NCBI GenBank assembly: GCA_040218735.1
Contig: JAVJQW010000070.1
Span: 128,001 to 192,000, forward strand
Origin: Deltaproteobacteria bacterium
Lineage (GTDB): Bacteria; Myxococcota; Kuafuiibacteriia; Kuafuiibacteriales; Kuafuiibacteriaceae
DNA length: 64,000 bases
Direction of reading: 5' to 3'
Below the pieces are notes generated by a model, which saw nothing but the letters and a program-made list of their open reading frames with translations, was not told the DNA's origin and did no database searches. Of this stretch, positions 8,535-18,724 are shown in pieces. Each line of letters opens with the position of its first letter. Within the stretch, counting starts at the first letter, position 1. A program made the translations under genes and the position numbers.

Positions 8535-11500
8535 ATGAAGATCCGAAGGGTCGAAATCCAGGGGTTCAAGAGCTTTGCGGATCGCACCGTGCTGCGATTC
8601 GGCGAAGGGATCACCGGCGTCGTCGGCCCGAACGGGTGCGGAAAGTCGAATATCGTCGACGCGATCCGCTGGGTGATGGGCGAGCAATCCGCCAAGCACC
8701 TGCGCGGCAGCGGGATGCAGGACGTCATCTTCGCCGGATCGGAGTCGCGCGGCCCGAGCGGGATGTCCGAGGTGACGATCTCGTTCAAGAACGACGGCAA
8801 CCTCGTCCCGCCGGAGTACCAGCGCCACGACGAGATATCCGTGACGCGCCGCCTCTTCCGCGACGGCACCAGCGAGTACGCGATCAACAAGGTCCAGTGC
8901 CGCCTGCGCGACATCCACGACCTCTTCATGGGGACGGGCATCGGCAAGAACGCCTACTCGATCATCGAGCAGGGGCGGATCGGCCTGATCGTCACGAGCA
9001 AACCCGAAGACCGGCGCGCCATCATCGAGGACGCCGCCGGCGTCAGCCGCTACAAGGCGCGGCGCAAGCAGGCCGAGCGCCGCATTCAGGCCACCGAGCA
9101 GAACCTCCTCCGCATCACGGACATCACCGAAGAGCTGTCGGGCCGCCTCAAGACCCTCGAGCGCCAGGCGAAGCGCGCCGAGAAGTACAAGCGCATCAAG
9201 ACCGAGCTCAAGGAGCTCGAGCTGCACCAGGCCACCCACCGCTACCTCGAGCTGCAGACGCTCGAGACCTTCGACCGGCGGCAGGCGAAGCAGCTGCGCG
9301 CCGAGATCGAAGAGGCCGAGCAGGCCATCGCCGCCGACGAGGCGCGCCTCGCCGAGGCCCTCGAAGCCTTCGAGCAGCGCGACGAAGTGCTGCGTGAGCG
9401 CGAGACGAAGATCAGCGCGGACCAGCAGGCGCTGGCGCTCGCCAAGAACAACGCCGAGTTCCTCGACCGCGAGCGCACCAAGCTCCTCGACCGCAAGGCC
9501 GAGGCCGAGACCGAGACGACCGAGCTGAACGCCGAGCTCGAGCGCCTGCAGGCCGAGCGCGCCGAGGCGAAGGCAAACCGGGACGCCCTCGAGTCGTCGG
9601 ACGGCGCCGAGCTGAAGTCCCTCGACGACCGCGAAGCAGCGCTCACGAACCTCAACACGAAGATCGGCGCGGCCGAGTCGGCGCTCGACGCCGACAAGCA
9701 GGCGATGGTCGACGCGCTCACCGCGATCGCCGAGCACAAGAACAACCTCGCCAACCTCGAGCGCGCCGGGCGCGATCTCGAGGTGCAGATCGGCCGGTCG
9801 CTCACCGCGAAGAAGAGCGCCGCCGGCAAGGCGCGCGAAGCGGAGGCGAAGGCCAAGGACCTGTCGAAGACGCTCGAGGACAACCGCCAGCTGAAGCTGT
9901 CGCTCGAAGACGAGCGCAGCACGCAGGAGGCGTTGGTCGCAAAGCTCCGCGAGGAGATGACCGAGACGGAGGCTCAGCTGCAGCGCGCGCGCGAGGAGCT
10001 GATGGACAAGCGCTCCCGCCTCAAGACGCTCGACGACATCCAGAAGAACTACGAGGGCTGCACCGACGCGGTCCGACGCCTGATGAAGCAGAAGGAGCGC
10101 GACCCGTCGCTCTCCACCGCGCTGCACGGGCTGGTCGCCGACGTCGTCAGCGCCGAGCCGCGGTTCGAAGCGGCCGTCGAAGCCGTCCTCGGGGATCGGC
10201 TGCAGTACGTCATCGTGAACAGCCAGAACGACGGGCTGGCCTCGATCGACTTCCTCAAGAAGAACGAGAGCGGACGCTCGAGCTTCATCCCGCTCGACCT
10301 CCGCGAGGACCACGTGTCCTGGGCCCCGTGGCCGAGCTCGCGGCCCCCGGGCGCGAGCTCGCAGCCGCCCGCGGAGGCGAACGGCGCCGCACCCGGGCAC
10401 GACGCGACGAACGGCGCGACGAACGGGACCTCGGCGGTGGCGACCGACGCGCTCGCCGCGGACGGGCGCCCTGCGGATCCTGCGGTCGCCACGGATCGGC
10501 CCAACGGGGCAGACGCCCCGGCCGAAGCGGCCGCGGTCGACGATGCCCAGGCCACGCCGGCCGCCGACCACGAAGCCCCGACCCAGGGTGCCGTTGTCAC
10601 CGTGCCCACGGCGGTCGAGGTCCCCGAGCGGTTCGCCGCGCGCCACGGCGATCCGGATCGGACGATGGTGCCGCGCGGCAGCGCGATGCACGCGGCCACC
10701 GACGTCGCGGCGGGCCCCGCCCTGCCGACGCCGGCGCTCACCGACCTCCCGTACCCCGAGAACGCTGACTCGATGTACTGGTGGCCCGAGGAGAGCGAGC
10801 TGTGGCCGGACATGGAGGCCCCCGGCGTCTGCGGCAAGATGGTCGACCTCGTCCGCGCGCAGCCCGGCTACGAGCACGTGGCGCGTGTCCTGATGGGCGA
10901 CGTCGTCATCGTCGACGGCCTGAACCAGGCGCAGAACCTCTGGCGCTCCAACGGGCACCGCAAGACGTTGGTCACGCTCTCCGGCGAGGTCCTCGATCCG
11001 GTCGGCGTGCTCACGGGCGGCTCGTCCGAGGGCAAGTCGAAGGGGATGCTCAAGCAGAAGCGTGAGATCAAGGAGCTCACCGACGACGTGCGTCGCCTGG
11101 AGGCGAAGGCCACCGTCGCGGAGGAGCGCTACACCACGCTCAAGCAGCGCGTCGCGGATCTCGACAAGCAGATCCAGACCCTCTCCAAACAGGGCCACGC
11201 CGAAGAGCTGTCGCTCGTGAACCTCGAGCAGGACCTGCGCCGCCTCCAAGACGAGCTGCAGCGCGAGTCCGACGAGAAGCGTTCGCGCGGCGAGGAGATC
11301 GAGATGCTCCGCAAGAAGCGGGCGTCGGTCTCGGACGAGGCGGAGAAGTCCACCTGGGCCGTCGAGGAGCTCGAGAAGGCGCGCACCGCGGCCGAGCAGC
11401 GGGTGACGGAGCGCGCCGCGGAGGTCACCGGCCTCAAGCAGGACCTCGGCAAGCTCTCCGAGGACGTCACCGACCTCAAGGTGAAGGTCGCGGCGAACCG

Positions 11501-12599
11501 CGAGAAGCGCGACTCCAGCGCCAAACACCTGGAGCGCGTGGAGCGGCGGATCGGCGAGGTCGAGACGCGGTTGGTGCGCCTCGCGGAGATCGTCGAGGAG
11601 TGCGCCACGGAGCTGGAAGGGATCGCCGAGCGCATCACGCAGGCGGAGCAGGAAGGCGAGACGCTGGAGGCGTCTCTCGCGCAGGATCGCGAGGAGGTCC
11701 GCGTCGCGCGCGAGGCCCTCGAAGGCGAGCAGCGCGAGGTCAAGGCGGAGGCCGCACAGACCCGCGAGAAGCGCACCGCGATCGACGCGATGAAGGAGGC
11801 GCTCTCCGAGCTGACGCTGAAGATCCGCGAGGTGCAGATCGGGCTGGAGAACCTGGTCGCGCAGATCGACGAGCGCTACCGCATCCACCTCCCCGAGATC
11901 CTCACGGACTACCACCTCCTGCCGCGCATGAGCGCCGAGCACGAGAAGGAGACGGCGAAGCTGCGGCGTCAGCTCGACAACATCGGGCCGATCAACCTCA
12001 CGGCGATCGACGAGTTCAAGGAGGTCGGCGAGCGGTACGAGTTCCTGAACGGTCAGAAGAAGGATCTCGAGGAGGCGATCGCGTCGCTCAAGGCGGCGAT
12101 CAAACGGATCAACAAGACGAGCAAGGAGCGCTACGTCGAGGCCTTCCGCCTGGTGAACGAGAAGTTCCAGGCGGTGTTCCCGAAGCTCTTCAACGGCGGG
12201 CGCTGCGCGCTGGTGATGACCGACGAGAGCGATCCGCTGGAGTCGGGCATCGAGATGCTCGCGCAGCCGCCGGGCAAGAAGCTGCAGAGCGTCAACCTGC
12301 TCTCCGGTGGCGAGAAGGCCCTGACGGCGGTCTCCCTGATCTTCGCGATCTTCCTCATCAAGCCGACGCCGTTCTGCCTCCTCGACGAGGTCGACGCGCC
12401 GCTCGACGAGGCCAACGTGGGCCGCTACAACGAGATGCTGCGGGAGATGTCCTCCATCTCCCAGTTCATCCTCATCACGCACAACAAGCGGACCATGGAG
12501 CTCCCGGACCGCCTGTACGGCGTGACGATGGAGGAGCCGGGGATCTCGAAGATCGTCCCGGTCGACATCATCCAGGACCGCAAGCTCCAGGCGGTGTGA
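8535..12599 (+). CDS. smc: Chromosome segregation protein SMC, with hinge insertion
   Basis: 'GFKSF', Walker A GPNGCGKSN, coiled coils, hinge, LSGGEK, LLDEVDAPLD, ITHNK. Confidence 0.97.
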   Translation: MKIRRVEIQGFKSFADRTVLRFGEGITGVVGPNGCGKSNIVDAIRWVMGEQSAKHLRGSGMQDVIFAGSESRGPSGMSEVTISFKNDGNLVPPEYQRHDEISVTRRLFRDGTSEYAINKVQCRLRDIHDLFMGTGIGKNAYSIIEQGRIGLIVTSKPEDRRAIIEDAAGVSRYKARRKQAERRIQATEQNLLRITDITEELSGRLKTLERQAKRAEKYKRIKTELKELELHQATHRYLELQTLETFDRRQAKQLRAEIEEAEQAIAADEARLAEALEAFEQRDEVLRERETKISADQQALALAKNNAEFLDRERTKLLDRKAEAETETTELNAELERLQAERAEAKANRDALESSDGAELKSLDDREAALTNLNTKIGAAESALDADKQAMVDALTAIAEHKNNLANLERAGRDLEVQIGRSLTAKKSAAGKAREAEAKAKDLSKTLEDNRQLKLSLEDERSTQEALVAKLREEMTETEAQLQRAREELMDKRSRLKTLDDIQKNYEGCTDAVRRLMKQKERDPSLSTALHGLVADVVSAEPRFEAAVEAVLGDRLQYVIVNSQNDGLASIDFLKKNESGRSSFIPLDLREDHVSWAPWPSSRPPGASSQPPAEANGAAPGHDATNGATNGTSAVATDALAADGRPADPAVATDRPNGADAPAEAAAVDDAQATPAADHEAPTQGAVVTVPTAVEVPERFAARHGDPDRTMVPRGSAMHAATDVAAGPALPTPALTDLPYPENADSMYWWPEESELWPDMEAPGVCGKMVDLVRAQPGYEHVARVLMGDVVIVDGLNQAQNLWRSNGHRKTLVTLSGEVLDPVGVLTGGSSEGKSKGMLKQKREIKELTDDVRRLEAKATVAEERYTTLKQRVADLDKQIQTLSKQGHAEELSLVNLEQDLRRLQDELQRESDEKRSRGEEIEMLRKKRASVSDEAEKSTWAVEELEKARTAAEQRVTERAAEVTGLKQDLGKLSEDVTDLKVKVAANREKRDSSAKHLERVERRIGEVETRLVRLAEIVEECATELEGIAERITQAEQEGETLEASLAQDREEVRVAREALEGEQREVKAEAAQTREKRTAIDAMKEALSELTLKIREVQIGLENLVAQIDERYRIHLPEILTDYHLLPRMSAEHEKETAKLRRQLDNIGPINLTAIDEFKEVGERYEFLNGQKKDLEEAIASLKAAIKRINKTSKERYVEAFRLVNEKFQAVFPKLFNGGRCALVMTDESDPLESGIEMLAQPPGKKLQSVNLLSGGEKALTAVSLIFAIFLIKPTPFCLLDEVDAPLDEANVGRYNEMLREMSSISQFILITHNKRTMELPDRLYGVTMEEPGISKIVPVDIIQDRKLQAV

Positions 12600-12660
12600 T
12601 CGAGGCCCTCGGTCGATCGAGGGCTGACAGCTTCACTTCAGTTTCGCTAGGCTGCACGCC

Positions 12661-13620
12661 GTGCGCGGGCCGATTGCCCTTCTCTGCTCTCTCCTCCTCA
12701 CGCCCTCGTTGGCGTGGGCGTACGGCGAAGCGACCGACGGCTCGCCAAACCACCGCGAGCGCCTGCTCCACGTGCTGACCAACCAGGTCCGGCAGGCGCC
12801 CCACGACTGGCCCGGCTGGGACACCTCGCTCGCGACCGCCGAGGCGCGCGACCCGCTCGCGCTGGAACCTGGGCTCCTCGCCGCCGCGCGCTTCCACGCG
12901 ACGGACATGGCGACGAACGGCTGCTTCTCCCACGAGAGCTGCGACGGCACGGCGACGTTCGCGCGGATCGGACGCTACTTTCAGGGGCCGGCCGGCGAGA
13001 ACATCTACCTGGGCAGCTCCGCGGCAGCGGCGGCGATCACCGGCTGGATGACCTCCGCCGGCCACCGCCGCAACATGCTCGACCACGACTGGACCTGGCT
13101 CGGCACCGGCTTCGCGGCCGGCGGGCGCGGTGGGTACTACGTGCAGAACTTCGGGCGCGGCGGGCTGGATCGGATGCCGTCGATCCCCGGCGGCGCCCAC
13201 GAGGTGAACGGCGCGCAGATGCGCGTGGTCGCGAACTTCTTCGATCCCGGCGGGCGGGCGCCGGACAGCTTCATCGCGATGGTCGACGGGGCCGAGGTCC
13301 CGCTGATGCAGATCGCCGGGCGCCCCGCGAACTCCACGTGGGAGGCGACGGTCGAGACGTCGACCGGGTGTGTCGGGCTGACGTTCGAGGCCACGATCGG
13401 CAACGAGACCGCGACGTTCCCGTCGTCGGGGGAGCTGCTCGTCGGCGCCTCGTGCACCGAGACGTTCCGCGAGGACAAGACCGCGCCCAAGACCGACGAC
13501 AACATCTACATCGACGCCAACGATCCGGACGGCGGCTGTCGGTGCACCACGGCGCGTCCGTCGTGGGGCGCGCTGGTGCTGGTGGTGGTCGGACTTTCGC
13601 TTTGTCGACGTCGTCGTTGA
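12661..13620 (+). CDS. CAP (SCP) domain protein with MYXO-CTERM-like tail
   Basis: Signal peptide; 'AARFHATDM..FSH', 'GENI', 'WMTSAGHRRNML'; C-terminal 'GGCRC...TM-RRRR'. Confidence 0.85.
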   Translation: MRGPIALLCSLLLTPSLAWAYGEATDGSPNHRERLLHVLTNQVRQAPHDWPGWDTSLATAEARDPLALEPGLLAAARFHATDMATNGCFSHESCDGTATFARIGRYFQGPAGENIYLGSSAAAAAITGWMTSAGHRRNMLDHDWTWLGTGFAAGGRGGYYVQNFGRGGLDRMPSIPGGAHEVNGAQMRVVANFFDPGGRAPDSFIAMVDGAEVPLMQIAGRPANSTWEATVETSTGCVGLTFEATIGNETATFPSSGELLVGASCTETFREDKTAPKTDDNIYIDANDPDGGCRCTTARPSWGALVLVVVGLSLCRRRR

Positions 13621-13653
13621 CCGACATTTCGCCCGTCGCATAGGCAGTCCGCC

Positions 13654-14832
13654 ATGGGTGCCGTGGATCCGGGGCTGCTCGTTCTCGGGGGGTTCGCGTT
13701 CTTCTTCTTCCTCTTGGTCGTGGCGGCCGTGCGCAAGATGGCGCGCGGCCAGATCGAGGAGGGCGAAACGACGAAGGCCCTCGACGAGGGTGAGGAGGCG
13801 CTCGCGGCGGAAGCCGAAGCGGCGACCGAGGCGGAGGTCCCGGACGCCCCGGACGAAGGCGACGCGGCGGAGGCGCCCGATGAACCCGAGGCGTCGGACG
13901 AGCCGTCCGAACCGGACGCGCCGGCCGCACCGGCGCCCAAGTCCCTCGAGGCGGGCCTCGAGAAGACGCGCAAGGGATTCATGGCGCGCCTCGGCGACCT
14001 CCTCTCCGGGGGGAGCCTCGATGAGGATCTCGTCGACGAGCTCGAGGCGCTGCTCGTCACTTCGGACATCGGCATCCGCACGACGGAGCGGCTCCTGGGC
14101 GACCTGCGGGGCGAGCTGTCCCGCAAGGAGCTCAAGGACGGCGACGCCGTGCGCGCGCGTCTGCGTGAGAAGGTGATGGAGATCGTGAACGTCGAGCGCG
14201 CGCCGCTCGCGTACACCCACCAGCCGACGGTGATCATGGTGATCGGCGTGAACGGCGTCGGGAAGACGACGACGATCGGAAAGCTCGCGGCGCGCCTCGT
14301 GCGGGACGGGAAGAAGGTCGTGCTCGGCGCGGGCGACACGTTCCGTGCGGCGGCGGTCGAGCAGCTGGAGATCTGGGGCGAGCGGTCGGGCGCGGACGTC
14401 GTGAAGGGCGCGGAGCGCGCGGACCCGTCGTCGGTGGTGTTCGACGCGATCCAACACGCCAAGCGCGTCAACGCGGACGTGTGCCTCTGCGACACCGCCG
14501 GTCGGCTCCACACCAAAGTCAACCTGATGGAGGAGCTGAAGAAGCTCCGTCGCGTCATGAACAAGGCGATGGAGGGCGCACCGCACGAGGTGATGATGGT
14601 CCTCGACGCCACCACCGGACAGAACGCGATTCAGCAGGCGGAACAGTTCAAGGGTGCGGTCGAGGTGGACTCGATCGCGCTGACCAAGCTCGACGGGACC
14701 GCGAAGGGCGGCGTGGTCGTGGCCATCTGCGACAACCTCGGCGTTCCGGTCCGATACATTGGTATCGGTGAACAGGTGGACGACCTCCGCGACTTCGATC
14801 CCACCGCCTTCGTGGACGCCCTGTTTGCGTGA
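13654..14832 (+). CDS. ftsY: Signal recognition particle receptor FtsY
   Basis: [35 protein letters not shown]; N-terminal TM and acidic linker. Confidence 0.97.
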   Translation: MGAVDPGLLVLGGFAFFFFLLVVAAVRKMARGQIEEGETTKALDEGEEALAAEAEAATEAEVPDAPDEGDAAEAPDEPEASDEPSEPDAPAAPAPKSLEAGLEKTRKGFMARLGDLLSGGSLDEDLVDELEALLVTSDIGIRTTERLLGDLRGELSRKELKDGDAVRARLREKVMEIVNVERAPLAYTHQPTVIMVIGVNGVGKTTTIGKLAARLVRDGKKVVLGAGDTFRAAAVEQLEIWGERSGADVVKGAERADPSSVVFDAIQHAKRVNADVCLCDTAGRLHTKVNLMEELKKLRRVMNKAMEGAPHEVMMVLDATTGQNAIQQAEQFKGAVEVDSIALTKLDGTAKGGVVVAICDNLGVPVRYIGIGEQVDDLRDFDPTAFVDALFA

Positions 14833-14899
14833 CGGTCGTGGTCGATAACATCGAACGCGCCTAGCCAATTCGATCGGGGCCTCGTACATTAGAGAGCCC

Positions 14900-15217
14900 A
14901 TGGCGAAGTCTCACAGCCGAGCGATGAGCATCGACCTGTTCGGTCACCAGCTCACCGTGCGCTCGGACAACGACCCTCAGCGGGTCAAAGAGATTGTCGC
15001 GTTCGTGAACCAGCGCCTCGAATCCATTCAAGGGACTTCGAAGCGCGCGCCGACCGACAAGGTCGCCCTCCTCTGCGCGCTCAACATCGCGGAGGAGCTT
15101 TTCCTCGAGCGCGAGAAGCGCCGGGCCCTCCGTGCACGCGTCACGGAGGACAGCAAGAAGCTCATGAAAGTCGTCGATCACCTGGAGGCCGTCGAGGCCA
15201 AAGGGAGCGCCCGATGA
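14900..15217 (+). CDS. zapA: Cell division protein ZapA
   Basis: 'IDLFGHQLTV...VALLCALNIAEEL' plus coiled coil; sits upstream of 6S RNA. Confidence 0.88.
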   Translation: MAKSHSRAMSIDLFGHQLTVRSDNDPQRVKEIVAFVNQRLESIQGTSKRAPTDKVALLCALNIAEELFLEREKRRALRARVTEDSKKLMKVVDHLEAVEAKGSAR

Positions 15218-15238
15218 GCGCAGAATCGACGCCCGATC

Positions 15239-15427
15239 TCCCCTGCCTGGTTCGAGGTGCGTTCGACGCCAATATTGTCGTGAATCAGTGCTTTTTCAAC
15301 AGGGAGGCGTCCCTGGGGGCCTCGCGCGGACTGCCGCAAAGCTGGGCAGAGGCAGAGCGTCTCTATCGCGCCACCCACCTGCTCATGCAGGTTCCGACGG
15401 CGTTCCGTACACGGCCGAGGTGGGGGA
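15239..15427 (+). ncRNA. ssrS: 6S RNA
   Basis: Between zapA and 5-FCL (conserved synteny); 5' TCCCCTGCCTGGTT pairs with 3' GGCCGAGGTGGGGGA; ~190 nt. Confidence 0.82.
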
Positions 15428-15452
15428 CCTTTTCACTTTTCGACGGCGGCGC

Positions 15453-16010
15453 ATGGCGGCGATTGAACGCAAGCGCAGCCTGAGGCGAAAGTTCCTCAAC
15501 GTGCGTGCCGGGTTGAGCCCCGAGGCACGCGCCGAGGGGTCACGCGCCGCCGTACGCCGGCTGGTCGAGTCCGGTGTCCTCGACGGCGCGAAGATCGTGG
15601 CGGTCTTTGCGGCGCTCGAGTACGAGATCGACCCGATCGACGTCGAGGCCGTCATCGAGCGCGTGGCCTACCCGCGCGTCGACGGGCGTGACCTGCGGTT
15701 CTTCGTGAGCCGACACCAACAGCTCGTACCGCGCACGATGAAGATCCCCGAGCCCCTCGAAGGCGAGGAGGTCGCGCTCGACGACATCGACGTGTTCGTG
15801 GTGCCCGGCCTCGCGTTCACCCCGGACGGGCGTCGGCTCGGCTTCGGTGGCGGTTACTACGATCGCACCCTCGCGGGCCGCAACGCACGCGCGTTCGGGA
15901 TCGCGTTCGACGAACAGATCGCCGACGACCTCCCGTTCGAGGACTACGACGTTCGCGTGGCGGCGGTGTTCACGCCCACACGAACGCTCGTCGGCGAGGT
16001 GATCTCGTGA
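15453..16010 (+). CDS. 5-formyltetrahydrofolate cyclo-ligase
   Basis: 'KRSLRR', 'IPEP', 'VPGLAF...RLGFGGGYYDR'. Confidence 0.93.
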   Translation: MAAIERKRSLRRKFLNVRAGLSPEARAEGSRAAVRRLVESGVLDGAKIVAVFAALEYEIDPIDVEAVIERVAYPRVDGRDLRFFVSRHQQLVPRTMKIPEPLEGEEVALDDIDVFVVPGLAFTPDGRRLGFGGGYYDRTLAGRNARAFGIAFDEQIADDLPFEDYDVRVAAVFTPTRTLVGEVIS

Positions 16011-17500
16011 GCGTGCACCCTCGCCTGGTCCTCGTCGCCGTGGACGAACAGGTGCCGGGGATGAGCCGCCTCGCAGATCGTGTCGAAGGGGAGCCGATCC
16101 TCCCGGCGCGCATCGCCCTGACCCAGCGGGTCGAGCTCGAGCGCGCGTACGGGCGGGACGAGATCGGCGTCGTGATCCCGATGACTCACCCGGGGACGGT
16201 GATCGAAGCGGCGCGCCTCGGCGTCGAGCGCATCGCGGCGGTGCACCCCCCGGAGCTGACGCTGTCCCGCCTCGGCGCCGTGAAGACGCGCGCGGCCTAC
16301 GCGATGGCGGACCTCACGTTGGTCCCGAGCGCCGACCAGATTCAGCCGGCGGTCGCGGCCGGCGCAGACCCCGAGCGGCTGATGGTCCTGGACGACACGG
16401 CGATGGACCGCCTGTTCGCGGAGCCCCCGCGGCGTGGCTCGCGCGGGAAGCTCTTGGAGGGTGCGGTGAGCGCCGGCCTCGACGCGCTGGAGCTCGCGGG
16501 TGTGGTCCGCGCGCTGGAGCTGCTGTCGCCGGACCGGGGCGTGAACGTCGTGAACTACCACCGCGTCCTGCCGCTGGAGGAGCTCACGGCGTACTGCCGG
16601 CCACAGATGGCGATCGCGGAGCCGGTGTTCGCGGCGCAGCTGGATCAGATGGGTCGGCAGCGCGGGTTCGCGCCCGTGGATCGACTGCGGCACGCGAGCG
16701 CGAAGGACAAGGTCGCCATCACGTTCGACGACGGGTACGAAGACAACTTCCGCGTGGCGTTCCCCATCCTCGCGCGCTTCTCGACGCCCGCGTGCATCTT
16801 CGTGGTCACGGGCCTCGTCGGGCGCCCGGACGCGCTGTGGTGGGACCGCGTGGGCCTCGCGCTGTTCGCCTGGTGGCGCGCGGGCTGCCCGGGCGCGCTG
16901 CCCGAGCTGCTCCCGGAGCGCACCGCTGAGCTGCGCGACGTCACCGCGACGAAGGACGCGCGCGAGCTGATCAGCGCGGTGCTCTCGGACCTCAACCTCG
17001 TCTCCGACGAGCGGCGCAGGAAGGCGGTCGCCGCGGCGGTCGCGCTGGTCCCCGAGATCGATCCCCAGCGCACGATGCTGAGCTGGGACGAAGTGAAGGC
17101 GCTCGCGGACGGCGGCGTCATGTTCGGCTCCCACACGCGCAGCCACGTCCCCCTCGACGAGCTCGATCGCCCCGAGGCGAAGGCCGAGCTGTTCGGCAGC
17201 CACGCCGACCTCGACGAGACGATCGGCGCCAAGCGCTACCGCGTCACCGCCCTCCCCCGCGGACGCCTCGGCGCCCTCACCGAGGACGAGCTCGCGGACG
17301 GCTTCGACGCCGTGATGACCACCCAACCCGGCGTGAACCGCGTGACCGACGACGGCCTGTTCGTGAAGCGCCGCGACGGCCGGATGCTCACGCTGGCCGG
17401 CCGCCACCACGAAGCGAAGCTGCGCCTGGAGCTCACGGGCGTCGTGGACCGCCTCCGCGGCGCGTACTACCGACTGCGCCCCGCCGCCCGCGGCGAGTAG
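16007..17500 (+). CDS. Polysaccharide deacetylase (NodB/CE4) with extra N-terminal domain
   Basis: 'VNYHRV', 'ITFDDGY', 'FGSHTRSH', 'LSWDEV'; GTGA overlap with the upstream gene. Confidence 0.82.
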   Translation: MSVHPRLVLVAVDEQVPGMSRLADRVEGEPILPARIALTQRVELERAYGRDEIGVVIPMTHPGTVIEAARLGVERIAAVHPPELTLSRLGAVKTRAAYAMADLTLVPSADQIQPAVAAGADPERLMVLDDTAMDRLFAEPPRRGSRGKLLEGAVSAGLDALELAGVVRALELLSPDRGVNVVNYHRVLPLEELTAYCRPQMAIAEPVFAAQLDQMGRQRGFAPVDRLRHASAKDKVAITFDDGYEDNFRVAFPILARFSTPACIFVVTGLVGRPDALWWDRVGLALFAWWRAGCPGALPELLPERTAELRDVTATKDARELISAVLSDLNLVSDERRRKAVAAAVALVPEIDPQRTMLSWDEVKALADGGVMFGSHTRSHVPLDELDRPEAKAELFGSHADLDETIGAKRYRVTALPRGRLGALTEDELADGFDAVMTTQPGVNRVTDDGLFVKRRDGRMLTLAGRHHEAKLRLELTGVVDRLRGAYYRLRPAARGE

Positions 17501-17525
17501 GCGCCGCGCCGAGGCGCTGCTCGAC

Positions 17526-18290
17526 TCACCGATCCAGCACAAACGTCACCGGCACGGTGATCCACATCCCCACGGGCTGATCGCCCGCCTTCGCGGGTGT
17601 GAAGCGCCACTTCTCCTTCGCCCACCGGACCGCCGCCGCCGTGCAGCCGCCGCCGAGGCCCTGCACGACGCGCACGCGGGCGATGCGGCCCTGCTCGTTC
17701 ACGTAGATCCGCAGCAGGACGCGCCCCGTGATCCCTTCGGCCTTCGCGGCCTCGGGGTACGGCGGCGTCCGATCTTCCGCCGGTATCGCGAACCGCGGCT
17801 CCTCGGTGATCTCGTAGCCTTCACCCGGCGCGGTCTCGCCGTCGCCGGTCCGCGCCCTGGGCGTTGGCGCCGTGCGCTTCGGGCCCGTGGGGAGGGTGTC
17901 GTCGTTCGGGTTCGCGAACATGTTGCCGCCGCCGTCGACGGTGCGCACCGCGGGGCCCTTCCCCGCGACGACCGTCGAGGACATGTCGACCGCGAACGCC
18001 GTGGGCGGCGGAGGCGGCGGCGCGTTCGGGGGCGGCGGAGGCGGCGCCGTCTTCACGACCTTCTTCACCGTCCGGCGCTTCACCTTCTTCGGGACCACCG
18101 TCGGCTCCGGGATCACCTCCTCGACCGGCGGAGTCGGGGGCGGCGGAGGTGGAGGCGGAGGCGACTCGCGCACCTCCATGCGCACCACGGACGACGGCGC
18201 GGGCGCCGCCGGGGGATCGAGCCGCGACATCACCAGCAAGATCGCGCCGTGCACGAGCATGCTCCCCGCGGCGCCGAGCACCAGCTTCAC
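17526..18290 (-). CDS. tonB: TonB family energy transducer
   Basis: TM 'SMLVHG', Pro-rich linker, 'YPEAAKAEGITGRV...WRFTPA'. Confidence 0.88.
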   Translation of the reverse strand: MKLVLGAAGSMLVHGAILLVMSRLDPPAAPAPSSVVRMEVRESPPPPPPPPPTPPVEEVIPEPTVVPKKVKRRTVKKVVKTAPPPPPPNAPPPPPPTAFAVDMSSTVVAGKGPAVRTVDGGGNMFANPNDDTLPTGPKRTAPTPRARTGDGETAPGEGYEITEEPRFAIPAEDRTPPYPEAAKAEGITGRVLLRIYVNEQGRIARVRVVQGLGGGCTAAAVRWAKEKWRFTPAKAGDQPVGMWITVPVTFVLDR

Positions 18291-18721
18291 TCGCCGGCCT
18301 CCTCCTTCGGCGTCGACGTGAACTCCGCCTCGGTGTTGATCGCGAACTTCACGACGCCCTCGCGCTTCACGAGATCGATCAGCCCGACGACCCGCCCGTG
18401 CGGCACGTCCTTGTCTGCGGCGATCACCGCTTCGAGCTGGGCGGCGTCCTCGCTCCGAAGGAACTTGGTGAGCTGCGCTTCATCCGTCGCTTCACCGTTG
18501 AGGAACATCTCCCCCTCGCGCGTGAGCACCAGCGACAGCACGGTGTTCGCGACCGGCTCGCCGGAGGCCGCCTTCGGCAGCTCCACGCGGATCGCCGGCG
18601 TGACGATGTAACTCGCCGTCACCATGAAGATGATCAGGACGACGAGCACGATGTCGACCAGCGGGATGATGTTGATCCCGGTGATGGGTTCGTCGTCGTC
18701 TTCGATCGCGGGGCCGGCCAT
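18287..18721 (-). CDS. exbD: Biopolymer transporter ExbD/TolR
   Basis: 'INIIPLVDIVLVVLIIFMVT', 'IAADKDVPHG'. Confidence 0.9.
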   Translation of the reverse strand: MAGPAIEDDDEPITGINIIPLVDIVLVVLIIFMVTASYIVTPAIRVELPKAASGEPVANTVLSLVLTREGEMFLNGEATDEAQLTKFLRSEDAAQLEAVIAADKDVPHGRVVGLIDLVKREGVVKFAINTEAEFTSTPKEEAGE

Positions 18722-18724
18722 CGC

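Noticed and set aside
10310-10820. Intein in SMC
   Set aside because: No Cys/Ser start with His-Asn end, no splicing or homing motifs; low complexity.
8457-12482. 1341-aa antisense ORF, and similar long ORFs such as 43907-47836, 32043-34694, 41406-43910, 20584-22659
   Set aside because: Shadow frames of well-supported genes; expected at this GC content; no motifs.
15214-15483. 89-aa ORF between zapA and 5-FCL
   Set aside because: Coincides with the 6S RNA; atypical codon usage.
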